IMG/VR virus record: IMGVR_UViG_3300034073_003340
Span: 1 to 64,000 of that record
Length of the DNA: 64,000 bases
Direction: 5' to 3' (one strand)
Position numbers and translations under genes: made by a program. Of the stretch, positions 19,025 to 28,739 are shown piece after piece; position 1 is the stretch's first letter; every line of letters starts with the position of its first letter. Below the pieces are notes generated by a model. That model was not told the origin of the DNA. It made no database searches and saw only the letters and a list, made by a program, of their open reading frames with translations.

Positions 19025-19627
19025 TTAATCTTTTATCCAACCAAATAGGTTGCGAATCGCCCATTTACCAGCATTGTTTAGGTCACGGGTTCCAATACCT
19101 GCCCATATACCCGAGGGCTTAGGTGGAGCATCAATTGGTTTCCATCCACCAATCCATTGAAACCATTGTTCTTTGCTTTGGTCGAAAACATAACAAGGGA
19201 TAGGTTCAAACTGAGCAAGTTTTTCGTGGCGATCCAAGAACATCTGAACCGCCCAGCCTGTCCCACCATCAACAAGATTACGAGCGTTGATCGTTGATAC
19301 CGCGTAAACAGCTTCAGCCCACTGAACTTGATACCAGTTGCGTCTCAGAAGGGATTTGACGTTATGAGATCGTTTGCCTGGCCAAGGACGCTTGATCGTC
19401 TTACTGGCCCTGAGAAGTGCTGAATCAGCCTTCTCTAGTTGCTCTTGGGAGAGGACTACAATCTCTTGTTTGGGCGCGTCACTACGGTGCTTTTCAAAGG
19501 ACCAATGGATAACGCTTTGCCCGTCGCGCCCAGCATTCATACCCCACTGTAGATCAGAACCAATTGCCCCACCACTTAGACAAATGTTTCCAGTCAGGGC
19601 TTCAAAAAGTGATTCTTCAGTAGACAT
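19025..19627 (-). CDS. SLOG/DprA-like nucleotide-binding protein
   Basis: CLSGGAIGSD, LLRRN-x-x-QV, DGGTGWAV and WAGIGTR motifs. Confidence 0.6.
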   Translation of the reverse strand: MSTEESLFEALTGNICLSGGAIGSDLQWGMNAGRDGQSVIHWSFEKHRSDAPKQEIVVLSQEQLEKADSALLRASKTIKRPWPGKRSHNVKSLLRRNWYQVQWAEAVYAVSTINARNLVDGGTGWAVQMFLDRHEKLAQFEPIPCYVFDQSKEQWFQWIGGWKPIDAPPKPSGIWAGIGTRDLNNAGKWAIRNLFGWIKD

Positions 19628-20256
19628 TGTGTTTTACCATATAGATCTTGAATGGTCCCGTCATTGTCTATAACGGGCGCAGGTTCCCCTAGCCATGCCC
19701 ATTCAGATACATGGACGGTGGGATGCGAAATAGCCATAGCTGAACGAACGGGACTATCATCAAGGGCAGTTTTCAACGCCAGATCAAACCATTCAGGCTC
19801 TGGTCCTCTTTTTACTCTGAAGAGGAGACCATTGTATTGACGGATCAAAGCACATTCATTTGGAAAGCGACAATCAGTTACTACCACTCTCTCTTTGCCA
19901 CGTAGCCGAGACTCCAAGCTTTTGATCCAGAGATTGTTGTCAAAATGCTCACGCATTACATCAGTTCCAATTACCTGCATTGCCGTTCTTGGAGTGAATC
20001 GGCCTAGGTAATTGTAAGGGCTTTCATGCCAGTTAAGCTTTTGTTCCCACCATTCATCCGGGGTCTCTCGCCAGGTTCTACTATCAGTGGTGTTGCCTTC
20101 TAATAGCGCACGATCCCAGCCAAATACAGCAGCCAGCAAGTCTTTTAGAGGGTTAGCAAAGCTTTCTACTTCAAATCCATGCTCACGAACGAGATATTCA
20201 CCCGCCGTATCTTTTCCTGATCCTTTGAAGCCAAGGATTCCTACAACTTGAATCAT
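19594..20256 (-). CDS. Deoxynucleoside monophosphate kinase (T4 gp1-like)
   Basis: GFKGSGKDT P-loop, SFANPLKD, TPR-x-x-MQ-x-x-GT and VTDCRFPNE. Confidence 0.92.
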   Translation of the reverse strand: MIQVVGILGFKGSGKDTAGEYLVREHGFEVESFANPLKDLLAAVFGWDRALLEGNTTDSRTWRETPDEWWEQKLNWHESPYNYLGRFTPRTAMQVIGTDVMREHFDNNLWIKSLESRLRGKERVVVTDCRFPNECALIRQYNGLLFRVKRGPEPEWFDLALKTALDDSPVRSAMAISHPTVHVSEWAWLGEPAPVIDNDGTIQDLYGKTQCLLKNHFLKP

Positions 20257-20313
20257 ATTCTCACCTGTTTATTTTAGGTGAGAATAACAGATCAAACTAC
20301 ATAGTGTCAGTAT

Positions 20314-20667
20314 TCAGGTGGGAAGAAACTCTTTGAGGCGCGCAATGGCTTCAAGATGAATGGGAACAATATAGACTCTACCAATACCAATGGGATCGGC
20401 AGGAATTTTCAATTCCTCGATAAGAGCATGGATTTCATCGGGATCGAAGGCGTGGCCCGCTTCGAGTTTTTCAATCATCCCTGCGGCTCGAATCTGAATC
20501 TCCGGTTGATTTTCAAACTTTCGAACGTGATGAGGCTGACCATCTAAGATGATCTCACCCTCTAGAGGTCCCAGACCATCGTTGATAGGAATAGCGTAGA
20601 TCCCTCCAAGTCGGCGAACCAACGAGGAGGGATCATACCATTCAGGAGTCGCATAGGGATCAGTCAT
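20314..20667 (-). CDS. Hypothetical protein
   Basis: ATG 20667 overlaps the upstream gene stop; 117 aa. Confidence 0.6.
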   Translation of the reverse strand: MTDPYATPEWYDPSSLVRRLGGIYAIPINDGLGPLEGEIILDGQPHHVRKFENQPEIQIRAAGMIEKLEAGHAFDPDEIHALIEELKIPADPIGIGRVYIVPIHLEAIARLKEFLPT

Positions 20668-21148
20668 TGGGGTAAAGGCCAAAGCGAGCCAACAGGATCG
20701 CCAGTTCAGCCTTGTCACCGAACACATAGGCAGTGGTCACTTCCTTGCGGAAGCATACCATCTTACCCGGAGGACCATATACCGGCGGCATCGTATGAAC
20801 CGAGGCGTCCATGAACTGGACGATTTCCTTGTCCACCAAGTAGGGATACGTGGGGTCGACCACCAGGTCAGCAACAAAGCCCAGCTTCTTGGCAGCGTCG
20901 ACCACTGACGTAATAGTCGTGATATCCAGCTGGTTCTTATCACCCAGTGCGATCGTGGTTCCGAAACCGCCGGCGCTGTTGTGCCAGGTCATGATGTCCG
21001 CATTGGGCTCTTCGCCCTTACTCAAGGGCATCACAACTTCACGCCACGTCATCTGGTTGCCGGCGTGCATCGCATGGGCAATTGCCTTCCCGGCACCCAG
21101 GCTGGGCAGGTCAGTGCGGATCAAACAATATCCGATCAAATCAGGCAT
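20660..21148 (-). CDS. Peptidyl-tRNA hydrolase type 2 (PTH2)-like protein
   Basis: YCLIRTDLPSLGAGKAIAHAMHA matches the PTH2 R-x-DL...GK...Q/H-x-x-HA motif. GGAG RBS. Confidence 0.6.
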   Translation of the reverse strand: MPDLIGYCLIRTDLPSLGAGKAIAHAMHAGNQMTWREVVMPLSKGEEPNADIMTWHNSAGGFGTTIALGDKNQLDITTITSVVDAAKKLGFVADLVVDPTYPYLVDKEIVQFMDASVHTMPPVYGPPGKMVCFRKEVTTAYVFGDKAELAILLARFGLYPND

Positions 21149-21198
21149 AAATACTTTTCTCCTATTCAGTTTCAAATAATCTAACACCAGGTGGCTAG

Positions 21199-21834
21199 AT
21201 GTCAAATGATTTCTACGTCTATCTTCTACTTGATCCTAGAAGATACTATCTACCATTTTATATCGGCAAAGGCAAAGGTGATAGAGCAAACCATCATTTG
21301 AAATATGAGAGTCACGCAAAAACCAATACTTTCAAAAAATCAGTCATACAAAAGATTAGAATTAGTGGTCAAGAACCAAAGGTTATGTTCTGGGCTGTAA
21401 ATCTAACTGAATCAGAGGCTTTTGACTTAGAAAAGCAACTTATAGCAAGATTTGGTAGAAGAGATCTGAAAACTGGTATTCTAACCAATCTGTCAGAAGG
21501 TGGATTCGGAAATGCTGGAAGAAAATTCACAGAGGAACATCGAAGGAAGATGTCTGAAGCTGCTAAAGGTAGAAAACACACTGACGAATCCAAAGCTAAA
21601 ATTAGTCTGAAACGTAAAGGCGTTTTGGCCTCAGAAGAAACTAAAAAGAAACTATCTGAAGCGAAAAAGGGGAAAGGTGTCGGATCGGCCAATCCAATGT
21701 ATGGACGGCGTGGAGAATTACATCACAACTACGGAAAAGAAGGTCTTACTGGTGAAAAGAATGGAATGTTCGGTCGCAGACATTCACCGGAAACCATAGA
21801 AAAGATCCGTCAGAAAGCATTAGCTAGGAAGTAA
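21199..21834 (+). CDS. Free-standing GIY-YIG-type homing endonuclease with NUMOD3-like repeats
   Basis: FYVYLL-x-DPR...PFYIGKG...R...H; G-x-K-x-T/S-EE-x-R/K-x-K repeats and NPMYG/NGMFG. Confidence 0.85.
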   Translation: MSNDFYVYLLLDPRRYYLPFYIGKGKGDRANHHLKYESHAKTNTFKKSVIQKIRISGQEPKVMFWAVNLTESEAFDLEKQLIARFGRRDLKTGILTNLSEGGFGNAGRKFTEEHRRKMSEAAKGRKHTDESKAKISLKRKGVLASEETKKKLSEAKKGKGVGSANPMYGRRGELHHNYGKEGLTGEKNGMFGRRHSPETIEKIRQKALARK

Positions 21835-21894
21835 AGATCTTTCATATTAGCCTCCTGTGCTGTTAAAAAGGATCTAGCATATATTTGCTGGTTG

Positions 21895-22353
21895 TCAACC
21901 AGCTTGACTCAGATAGTGAGCCTGTCGTTTCGCCTGATACTTGATGGCGTCTTTCTGGCTGCTAAAGTAGCAGTGGTTGTAGAAATTGTTGTTATTGACC
22001 GAATTACCCACAGTGATGCGATGTAGAGCGCCGCCGGTGTGATTCACATATTCGTAGTCGCGTATCTTCTCCAAGGTATCGAGGCATTCACCGTTTGCCC
22101 CTCTTGGCCTATAGTTGTGAATCACGTTGATCTGGCTGGAAATCGTATTGCCATTTCTGGTAACGATAACTTGGTATATCCTAGACTGTGTGAGGCTGAT
22201 CAGTTGCTCAGGGAAGATGATAGCACTCTTATAGGCACGGAGCATCTTTTCACGATCGCGATAGGTCTGGGCCCATTCACCAGAGGCTGACAGGATTCGC
22301 CAGGCTTTGTAGCCCTTGGTTCCCACTTTCTTGAAATCAACTGCTCCAGCCAT
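21895..22353 (-). CDS. Hypothetical protein
   Basis: 152 aa ORF with an upstream TTGACA promoter. Confidence 0.65.
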   Translation of the reverse strand: MAGAVDFKKVGTKGYKAWRILSASGEWAQTYRDREKMLRAYKSAIIFPEQLISLTQSRIYQVIVTRNGNTISSQINVIHNYRPRGANGECLDTLEKIRDYEYVNHTGGALHRITVGNSVNNNNFYNHCYFSSQKDAIKYQAKRQAHYLSQAG

Positions 22354-22485
22354 AAAGAGAGTCCTTTAGATGTTCTGATATGAATATGTCAACCATATTT
22401 TCGGTGTTGGTTATCATGAACATCAGAACATCGTGATTTATAGCACATCTTGATTTACGAGAGGATAACAGTAGATCCCAGGGTG

Positions 22486-22965
22486 TCAATCAGGATATCC
22501 ATCATAGTCTATAAGACTTGGACCGCGACGACCAATATATTTTCCCCAATCTTTATCGAGGGCATCATAGGTATAATCAAACATCTGCTGGCGTGAAATT
22601 CCCTTGATGTTGAAAACGTGACGGGCACGAAACCTATTGTGGTTTTCCCAACCGGAGCCAAGGTCGTTACCCAAGCGATCAAACTTCCTGCAAAAGGTTT
22701 TGAACTCTTCCACAAAGCAAGTATAGCTGAGACAGCGGATAGGACAACTCATTTTGAAGACTATGACTCGCTGACGATCTCTAGGAAGCAGATCATCGAA
22801 ATTGGTATAGAGGACACGAGCAATATCGGTTGGTTTATAGAAATAATCTTCTACACCAATAAATCGATCGCGAAGCTGTAGCGCAACGAGAGCTCGCCAA
22901 ACATCAAATGGATGCTGACGGTTCATTCTGCGGTTGGGATCAATCTTGCGGCCAATAGGTCTCAT
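22486..22965 (-). CDS. Hypothetical protein
   Basis: 159 aa ORF with upstream TTGACG-N16-TAATCA. Confidence 0.6.
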   Translation of the reverse strand: MRPIGRKIDPNRRMNRQHPFDVWRALVALQLRDRFIGVEDYFYKPTDIARVLYTNFDDLLPRDRQRVIVFKMSCPIRCLSYTCFVEEFKTFCRKFDRLGNDLGSGWENHNRFRARHVFNIKGISRQQMFDYTYDALDKDWGKYIGRRGPSLIDYDGYPD

Positions 22966-23002
22966 GTGTCTTGATTAACACAGAGCCACATGGCGTCAAC
23001 CT

Positions 23003-23776
23003 TTAACCGAACAAAAACCCGTACCCAATATTTTGCTCAACTTGATTACTGAGCTCCAAGAGTAGAGCATCCATTTCCTGTTGGCCTTCAGCCTTTAAAG
23101 CAGCGCCATTCAAAGTAGTTCCACCTTGTGGGCCAATGAAGGTTCCAAATCTATCACGTGCTTCACCCAACATGACTTTTGCCTGAGCCGTAGTAAATCG
23201 AACCAACCAAGGTCTAGCGTAAGTGTCTGTTAGAATAAGTTCATCAGGACGATGCGCATAAACCCAAAGCATAACAGTCTCATTGGCAACAGGTTTACGT
23301 AGAATGTCCAAACGGTGTCGGGTTGGATGCCAGTTAAACATGATATGAAAACCAAACATTCTACCCACTAATTCTTGGAAACCTGTAAAAAGTTCATAGG
23401 TAACCAAGCTGGGAATACCTCCACCATTTCCACCAAAACCGCCGACACCAGCGGATCCAAGTAGAGTATGATTGGCCACCGCAGCCGCAAATGGTTCAAA
23501 GTCGGAACCAACGTTTGACATGGCGCCGCCGTATCCTCCTCGGAAAATTTGACGAACTTCCTGTATTTCATCCGGAAGGATATATTCAGATTGGTCTGGT
23601 TGAAGTTCGAGGAACGCATATCGTTCCTCGACGGAATTACTGGACCTTTGACGATAAGTTGCGAGAGCAAAGTCTAGAGCATCTTCATAATGCTCCGGAG
23701 TCAGTTCGATCTTAACCATACCGCCGCCAAGGCGACGAAACACCTCTTGAATCAAGATTTCGCGCTGAGTTTTCAT
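23003..23776 (-). CDS. Neck protein (T4 gp13-like)
   Basis: RRLGGGMVKIELT-x-EHY, K-x-MLGEAR-x-x-F...GPQGGTTLNG-x-x-LK. Confidence 0.88.
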   Translation of the reverse strand: MKTQREILIQEVFRRLGGGMVKIELTPEHYEDALDFALATYRQRSSNSVEERYAFLELQPDQSEYILPDEIQEVRQIFRGGYGGAMSNVGSDFEPFAAAVANHTLLGSAGVGGFGGNGGGIPSLVTYELFTGFQELVGRMFGFHIMFNWHPTRHRLDILRKPVANETVMLWVYAHRPDELILTDTYARPWLVRFTTAQAKVMLGEARDRFGTFIGPQGGTTLNGAALKAEGQQEMDALLLELSNQVEQNIGYGFLFG

Positions 23777-23850
23777 AATAGATCCTCCACCTGGGCTCTA
23801 CCTATTTAGTGGGTGACCGCGGATAAGTAATAGAGAACCGGAGGATCGAT

Positions 23851-24975
23851 ATGGCCAAGATGTCAATGTGGGATCGTCACAAAAATGACGATTACTACTT
23901 TATTGATGAACAAGTTAGGGAGCAATTCAACATTGGCGGTGTTGAAGTTCTCCTACACAAATATCTTGGAATTCATGATCAGGGAGAGCAGGGGGACGCT
24001 ACTCAACCCAGCAAAGCCAAAAGCAAAAAGCAGGGTATACGTCAAATCCAAGATCTTTTCTTTCTGGAAAATAGAGATCGAGCCTACGATCCTAACGTTT
24101 ACGAGATGAGAGCCTCCTATAACGTTCAGGACACTGAATTTGATATTAGACAGTTTGGTTTATTCCTAGAGGCAGATACTCTTTATCTGGAGTTTCATAT
24201 AAATGATACTCTAGAAAAGATTGGACGTAAACTAATGTCCGGCGATGTGCTTGAGTTTCCACATATGAGAGACGATGCGCTCCTGGAAGAAGACGCACCA
24301 GCTATCAACAAATATTACGTCGTCAACGATGTAAGTCGAGCAGCCGGAGGGTGGTCCCAAGTATGGAGACCACACATCTTCAGAGTCAAATGTAAGCCTC
24401 TGACTGATAGCCAGGAATATAAAGATATCCTGGATAAGGCAGCCACTGATGCTAACGGCGATGACACTGGTTTCAACATTCGTGATCTAATAAGTGACTT
24501 CAGAGATCAAATTGAAATCAGTGATGCCATTGTGGAACAAGCAAACAATGACGTCTCTCTGAGAAATTTCGAAACTGCTCAATTCTACGTAGTACCTGGA
24601 GATGAGATGGGTAAACAATACCCATGGATTTTTGCCGGTGACGGAAAGCCTCCAAATGGAGCAGAATTAGCCGGAGCAGGCATGAGCTTTCCAGACGAAC
24701 CCAGAGACGGTGATTGGTTTTTACACCTTGGGATGGAACCCAACGTTCTCTATCAATTTGTGGGTAATCAGGAAGTAGATCAATTTGGTCAACCAATTGG
24801 AGCAGGCGGAGGTTCTTGGCATCGTAGAGAAGTAGACTTGAGGAAAAAATGGCAAGCTGCTCACCGAATTCTTCAAAGCTTCATTAACAATGATCGCACC
24901 GGTAATATTGGCGGAGACCAGGTCAAAGAAAAAGTGGCTCTGTCAAAGGCAGTAAAGCCCCGTGCGGATTTTTAA
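23851..24975 (+). CDS. Neck/head-closure protein (T4 gp14-like)
   Basis: IQDLFFLENRDR-x-YD, FG-x-FL...F-HIND...GR-x-LM-x-GDVLE-x-PH. Confidence 0.8.
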   Translation: MAKMSMWDRHKNDDYYFIDEQVREQFNIGGVEVLLHKYLGIHDQGEQGDATQPSKAKSKKQGIRQIQDLFFLENRDRAYDPNVYEMRASYNVQDTEFDIRQFGLFLEADTLYLEFHINDTLEKIGRKLMSGDVLEFPHMRDDALLEEDAPAINKYYVVNDVSRAAGGWSQVWRPHIFRVKCKPLTDSQEYKDILDKAATDANGDDTGFNIRDLISDFRDQIEISDAIVEQANNDVSLRNFETAQFYVVPGDEMGKQYPWIFAGDGKPPNGAELAGAGMSFPDEPRDGDWFLHLGMEPNVLYQFVGNQEVDQFGQPIGAGGGSWHRREVDLRKKWQAAHRILQSFINNDRTGNIGGDQVKEKVALSKAVKPRADF

Positions 24976-24985
24976 GGAGAGTGAA

Positions 24986-25426
24986 ATGAAAACAGGTTCA
25001 AAAGGAATTGAATTAATCAAAGCATTTGAAGGGTTTAAGGCAGAAGCCTATCTCTGCCCAGCCAATGTTTGGACGATCGGATATGGAACAACCTCTGGTG
25101 TAAGAAGAGGTCAGATTGTTACGATCAAAGAAGCTGAAGAACTACTTCAAAAGGATCTGGAAAAGTTTGAAAGATCTGTCAACAGTTTGGTAAAAGTAAA
25201 ACTCACACAGGATCAATTCGATGCTCTTATTTCTTTTGTCTACAACGTGGGTTCTGGTAATTTCAGAGGTTCAACCCTTTTAAGCCTACTAAACCAGGGA
25301 GACTACGCATCTGTACCATTTCAGATGGCACGATGGAACCGAGCAAACGGACGAGTTCTCGCTGGTCTGACTCGTCGTAGAAAAGCTGAAGGCGATCTAT
25401 TTAGAACTGGTAGATTCACCGCTTAA
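24986..25426 (+). CDS. GH24 lysozyme (endolysin-like)
   Basis: E-8x-C-5x-T triad (EGFKAEAYLCPANVWTIGYG), QFDAL-x-SF-x-YNVG and GL-x-RRRKAE. AAGGAG RBS. Confidence 0.92.
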   Translation: MKTGSKGIELIKAFEGFKAEAYLCPANVWTIGYGTTSGVRRGQIVTIKEAEELLQKDLEKFERSVNSLVKVKLTQDQFDALISFVYNVGSGNFRGSTLLSLLNQGDYASVPFQMARWNRANGRVLAGLTRRRKAEGDLFRTGRFTA

Positions 25427-25435
25427 GGAGTCGTC

Positions 25436-26827
25436 ATGTCGCTAGACTATTGGTATGATGGGCAGTTACGTCGTTATTGGCTTCAATTCTGCCGCATCTT
25501 TGAAGGGTTTCAGTATGAAAGTGGGGTAGGCGCCAATGGCACCAAGACCCTTCGTACCTTTCCAGTAAGTCTGGGCGGTAAGAATAGACAAGTGGGTCAT
25601 ATTCTAAGAAATGGTAGCGAAAACACGATGTTATCCACTCCCAGGATAACTTGTGAAATGACAGAAATCGTGCCTTCCAGCGAAAGACGTCAAACTCCAA
25701 ATCATGTTTCAACTGTCAACATCTTTGAAAGAGCAATTGATCCAAATACTAATCTTTACACCAATGAACTGGGAAAGACATACACCGTAGAACGATTTAT
25801 GGCGATCCCATACGATATTACGATGCGGGTCAACGTTTGGACTTCTAACGAGCAACAAAAACACCAGTTCATGGAACAAGTATTGGTCCTATTCAATCCT
25901 AGCATCGATATTCAGACTGGTGATAATCCAATCGACTGGACCAGTCTGACTATTGTTGAGTTGGATTCCATAACCTGGACGAATCGAGAATTGCCTATTG
26001 GCACAGAAGACGATATCGAAATTGCTACATTGACATTCAAAATGCCCATTTGGCTAACTCCGCCTGCTAAGATCAAGAGACAAAACATTATTCATCAGAT
26101 TATAACCAACATTGGCGAAATGAATAAAAGCTATGTTGGTGAGCAAGCCGGTGGGTATAATTTTTCTCCAAACGATCTTCACACTAGAGTCATTGTAACT
26201 CCTGGTAACCATCAGGCAAGAGCCGAGGTTCTCTTGGATTCTGCCGGTAGACCATATTGTGAAATCACTCTCTTGAGTGAAGAGGGGCTTGTCACAAAGC
26301 CAAACGGGGAGGATGTATGGGAATGGAGAGAACTGCTCACTAGATATGGACAATATCGAAAAGGCGTCAGTCAGTTTCGTCTCAAAACTACCGATGATCT
26401 CGATGATGAAGATTCTGATATCATTGGTATCTTTGACTTCCACCCAACCGAAGCCAATAAGATTCTCTGGACACCAGATCCTGAGACCTTACCAGTTAAT
26501 ACCCTACAGACCATAAATGGTATGATAAGTCCAAACGCAGGTCATGCGCCCGGTCGCGGATTACCAGACGCAGAAGAAGGCCAGCGATATCTACTAGCCG
26601 ATGACTTAGATGCTGTCCCAGAATGGACAAATCTAAAGGCTTCTGCCAATGATATTATAGAATTTGATGGGACAGAATGGAAGGTTTCTTTTGACGCATC
26701 AGTTAATACTGATATCAAAGTAGTTCTAAACGGTAGATCAGGAAAGCAACTTCGCTGGACGGGGGAAATTTGGGTTGATGCTATATCAGCCGACTATAAT
26801 CCCGGATACTGGAGAATCTTTCTGTGA
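25436..26827 (+). CDS. Tail terminator/sheath stabiliser (T4 gp15-like) with C-terminal extension
   Basis: YWYDGQLRRY-x-x-QF-x-RIF, P-x-PY...NVWTSN-x-x-QK-x-Q-x-x-EQ-x-L-x-x-FNP. Confidence 0.8.
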   Translation: MSLDYWYDGQLRRYWLQFCRIFEGFQYESGVGANGTKTLRTFPVSLGGKNRQVGHILRNGSENTMLSTPRITCEMTEIVPSSERRQTPNHVSTVNIFERAIDPNTNLYTNELGKTYTVERFMAIPYDITMRVNVWTSNEQQKHQFMEQVLVLFNPSIDIQTGDNPIDWTSLTIVELDSITWTNRELPIGTEDDIEIATLTFKMPIWLTPPAKIKRQNIIHQIITNIGEMNKSYVGEQAGGYNFSPNDLHTRVIVTPGNHQARAEVLLDSAGRPYCEITLLSEEGLVTKPNGEDVWEWRELLTRYGQYRKGVSQFRLKTTDDLDDEDSDIIGIFDFHPTEANKILWTPDPETLPVNTLQTINGMISPNAGHAPGRGLPDAEEGQRYLLADDLDAVPEWTNLKASANDIIEFDGTEWKVSFDASVNTDIKVVLNGRSGKQLRWTGEIWVDAISADYNPGYWRIFL

Positions 26828-26887
26828 CGGCATAGAAGCCCGTGCGGCACATTGTGAACACCTAGCCGGACGTAACCAGTAGACTGG

Positions 26888-27112
26888 TCAAATATCCGGT
26901 GTAACGTTCTTGCGGGCTTCTATCTGCTCCACAAACCATTGCGTTGAATGCTCTGCTGAGCAAAAGTCTACTCTTACTTCAGTGTATTCACAGATATCAG
27001 GATTGGCCCAATATATACCACGGCCATACTCGTCTTTGACGTAGCTGGGATCAGAAACCGGCTTACCACAAACCTTACACCTGGACACAAGAGAATTCAT
27101 CAAATCAAACAT
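26888..27112 (-). CDS. Small Cys-rich hypothetical protein
   Basis: 74 aa with CxxC...C...FCS pattern. Confidence 0.5.
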   Translation of the reverse strand: MFDLMNSLVSRCKVCGKPVSDPSYVKDEYGRGIYWANPDICEYTEVRVDFCSAEHSTQWFVEQIEARKNVTPDI

Positions 27113-27142
27113 ATTGACTCCGTTCGTGCGAACTCATTACTG

Positions 27143-27556
27143 GTGTCGCAAAGAAAGGTCAAGGATATGCGCGAAACTATCAGCAGAAAACTTCTTATAC
27201 GATATCAGGACGATGACGGCGAATATGTGTTCTTGTCTGGTTTTGAGAACGGTAAACGCGGGGAAATGGCTGTTTTTGAAGGCTTTTCAATTGAAGATGC
27301 TAGAAATCTCGAAGGGCTCTGCGACGATGTAGTTCTAGAAGTTTTTGAGGCTTTTCAAAAAGCCAATAGACTCAAAAGCTGCGAATTTGTGAGAATCACC
27401 ACATCCGAAATTATAGATGATTTCCTAGAAGGCGATGAACGTCTGCGTGAAGTTCGACAGATGGCCGCAATATCAAAGCTCACTGAGAGTGAAATCAAGG
27501 CTCTGGATTTGACCAATATCGCGGTCTATATCAAAACCAAGTATCATAACACATGA
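27143..27556 (+). CDS. Hypothetical protein, paralog family A
   Basis: C-terminal LR...A-x-x-KLT-x-x-E-x-x-AL...VY-x-K-x-K-x-HNT, shared with the next gene. Confidence 0.7.
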   Translation: MSQRKVKDMRETISRKLLIRYQDDDGEYVFLSGFENGKRGEMAVFEGFSIEDARNLEGLCDDVVLEVFEAFQKANRLKSCEFVRITTSEIIDDFLEGDERLREVRQMAAISKLTESEIKALDLTNIAVYIKTKYHNT

Positions 27557-27987
27557 AAACTTTCATAGAAAAAAGAAGAGTCATTCTCATCAAAACCCTT
27601 TGGGAAATTGGCGAGTTCGCTCCAAACGAATGCTATTTCTACGAGAGACCTCGAGGAATGAGCGACAACAAGGGAAAATCTTTGGCTGGCCATGCCCGAT
27701 GGGCTGGGGTGAATGATATAAGAGATGCTACCAATTTAGAAGGCATGAGCTCTGACGAGGTCCTGGATCTTTTTTACCAGATAAAAGATTTGCTAGACGA
27801 CGGTGATACCATAGAAATAATAGATCTCGTTCTTACAATGAGCCATACGCCAGTTTCATTTGATCCCGATTTGGAAAAAGAATTCCTACGCGAAAAAGCT
27901 TTGAAAAAGCTCACACTGGATGAAATAGCAGCTCTCGGAGTAACCAATCTCGCCGTCTATTCAAAGGTAAAAAACCATAATACTTGA
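27553..27987 (+). CDS. Hypothetical protein, paralog family A
   Basis: C-terminal LREKALKKLTLDEIAALGVTNLAVYSKVKNHNT. Confidence 0.7.
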   Translation: MKTFIEKRRVILIKTLWEIGEFAPNECYFYERPRGMSDNKGKSLAGHARWAGVNDIRDATNLEGMSSDEVLDLFYQIKDLLDDGDTIEIIDLVLTMSHTPVSFDPDLEKEFLREKALKKLTLDEIAALGVTNLAVYSKVKNHNT

Positions 27988-28011
27988 CTCCTGAGCACAA
28001 TCTGTTAGATC
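27984..28011 (+). promoter_or_regulatory. Early/host-sigma promoter TTGAC(A/T)-N16-TA(G/A)AT (representative)
   Basis: Same 16-nt spacing, usually with TG(T/C) before the -10, at + 33514-33541, 34651-34678, 37931-37958, 46372-46399 and - 21178-21205, 21871-21898. Confidence 0.75.
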
Positions 28012-28029
28012 AAAAATCGAGGAGAATTT

Positions 28030-28674
28030 ATGACTACCAGGAAAGTCTACAAGGTAAAGGATTTATCAACTGGTCTCTATATGGGAAAAGGCGGGGGTTG
28101 GGATAAAAAAGGCAAAACCTGGGAGTCAATCGGTCAGCTCAAACTTACTTTGGGAAATTGCGGCTGGTGGTCTAGAAGCAATGAAAAAATGAATGACAAT
28201 GATCTTCCCAATTCTGATATAAAGATCATCGAGATTGTCATTGTTGAAGACGAAAACAATATGACTGATCTGGCTGAAATTGTTGCTCGCCAGAGGCGCT
28301 ATATCAAACTTGAAGAGAAATTCGGCAGCTCGTTCAGAGAGCTAGTAGAGAGGATCGAGGCACAAGGCCAGGTCAATCAGTTCCAGTGGGTTATGATTGT
28401 TGAATCAAGCTACGACTATAACAACAAAGCCCACAAAGGCGATATCGTGGAAATGCTTGATATGATTAAGCATTTGAAACTCAAACAAAACAAAGACTAC
28501 AAGAAGGCCTCAAGCTATTTCAACCAGCAAGCCGCTATAGCATTTGCTAGCAAGCAGGTTGCCATGCAGGTGAGGCTAGGAATGAAGGCAAGAGTCCAAG
28601 GTGTGGATATCAAGGATTTTGTTGAAACAAATCTTGACGAATCGGAAAAACCCCTGCTAAATAGTAGCACATAA
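28030..28674 (+). CDS. Hypothetical protein, paralog family B
   Basis: VYKVKDLSTG...GKTW N-terminus and C-terminal layout similar to 37329..37910. Confidence 0.7.
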   Translation: MTTRKVYKVKDLSTGLYMGKGGGWDKKGKTWESIGQLKLTLGNCGWWSRSNEKMNDNDLPNSDIKIIEIVIVEDENNMTDLAEIVARQRRYIKLEEKFGSSFRELVERIEAQGQVNQFQWVMIVESSYDYNNKAHKGDIVEMLDMIKHLKLKQNKDYKKASSYFNQQAAIAFASKQVAMQVRLGMKARVQGVDIKDFVETNLDESEKPLLNSST

Positions 28675-28739
28675 GGAGATGCGAATCCATACGGGGTTGC
28701 GCACACTTATAAACATAGCCTATCGAAAGGTAAGGTAAC

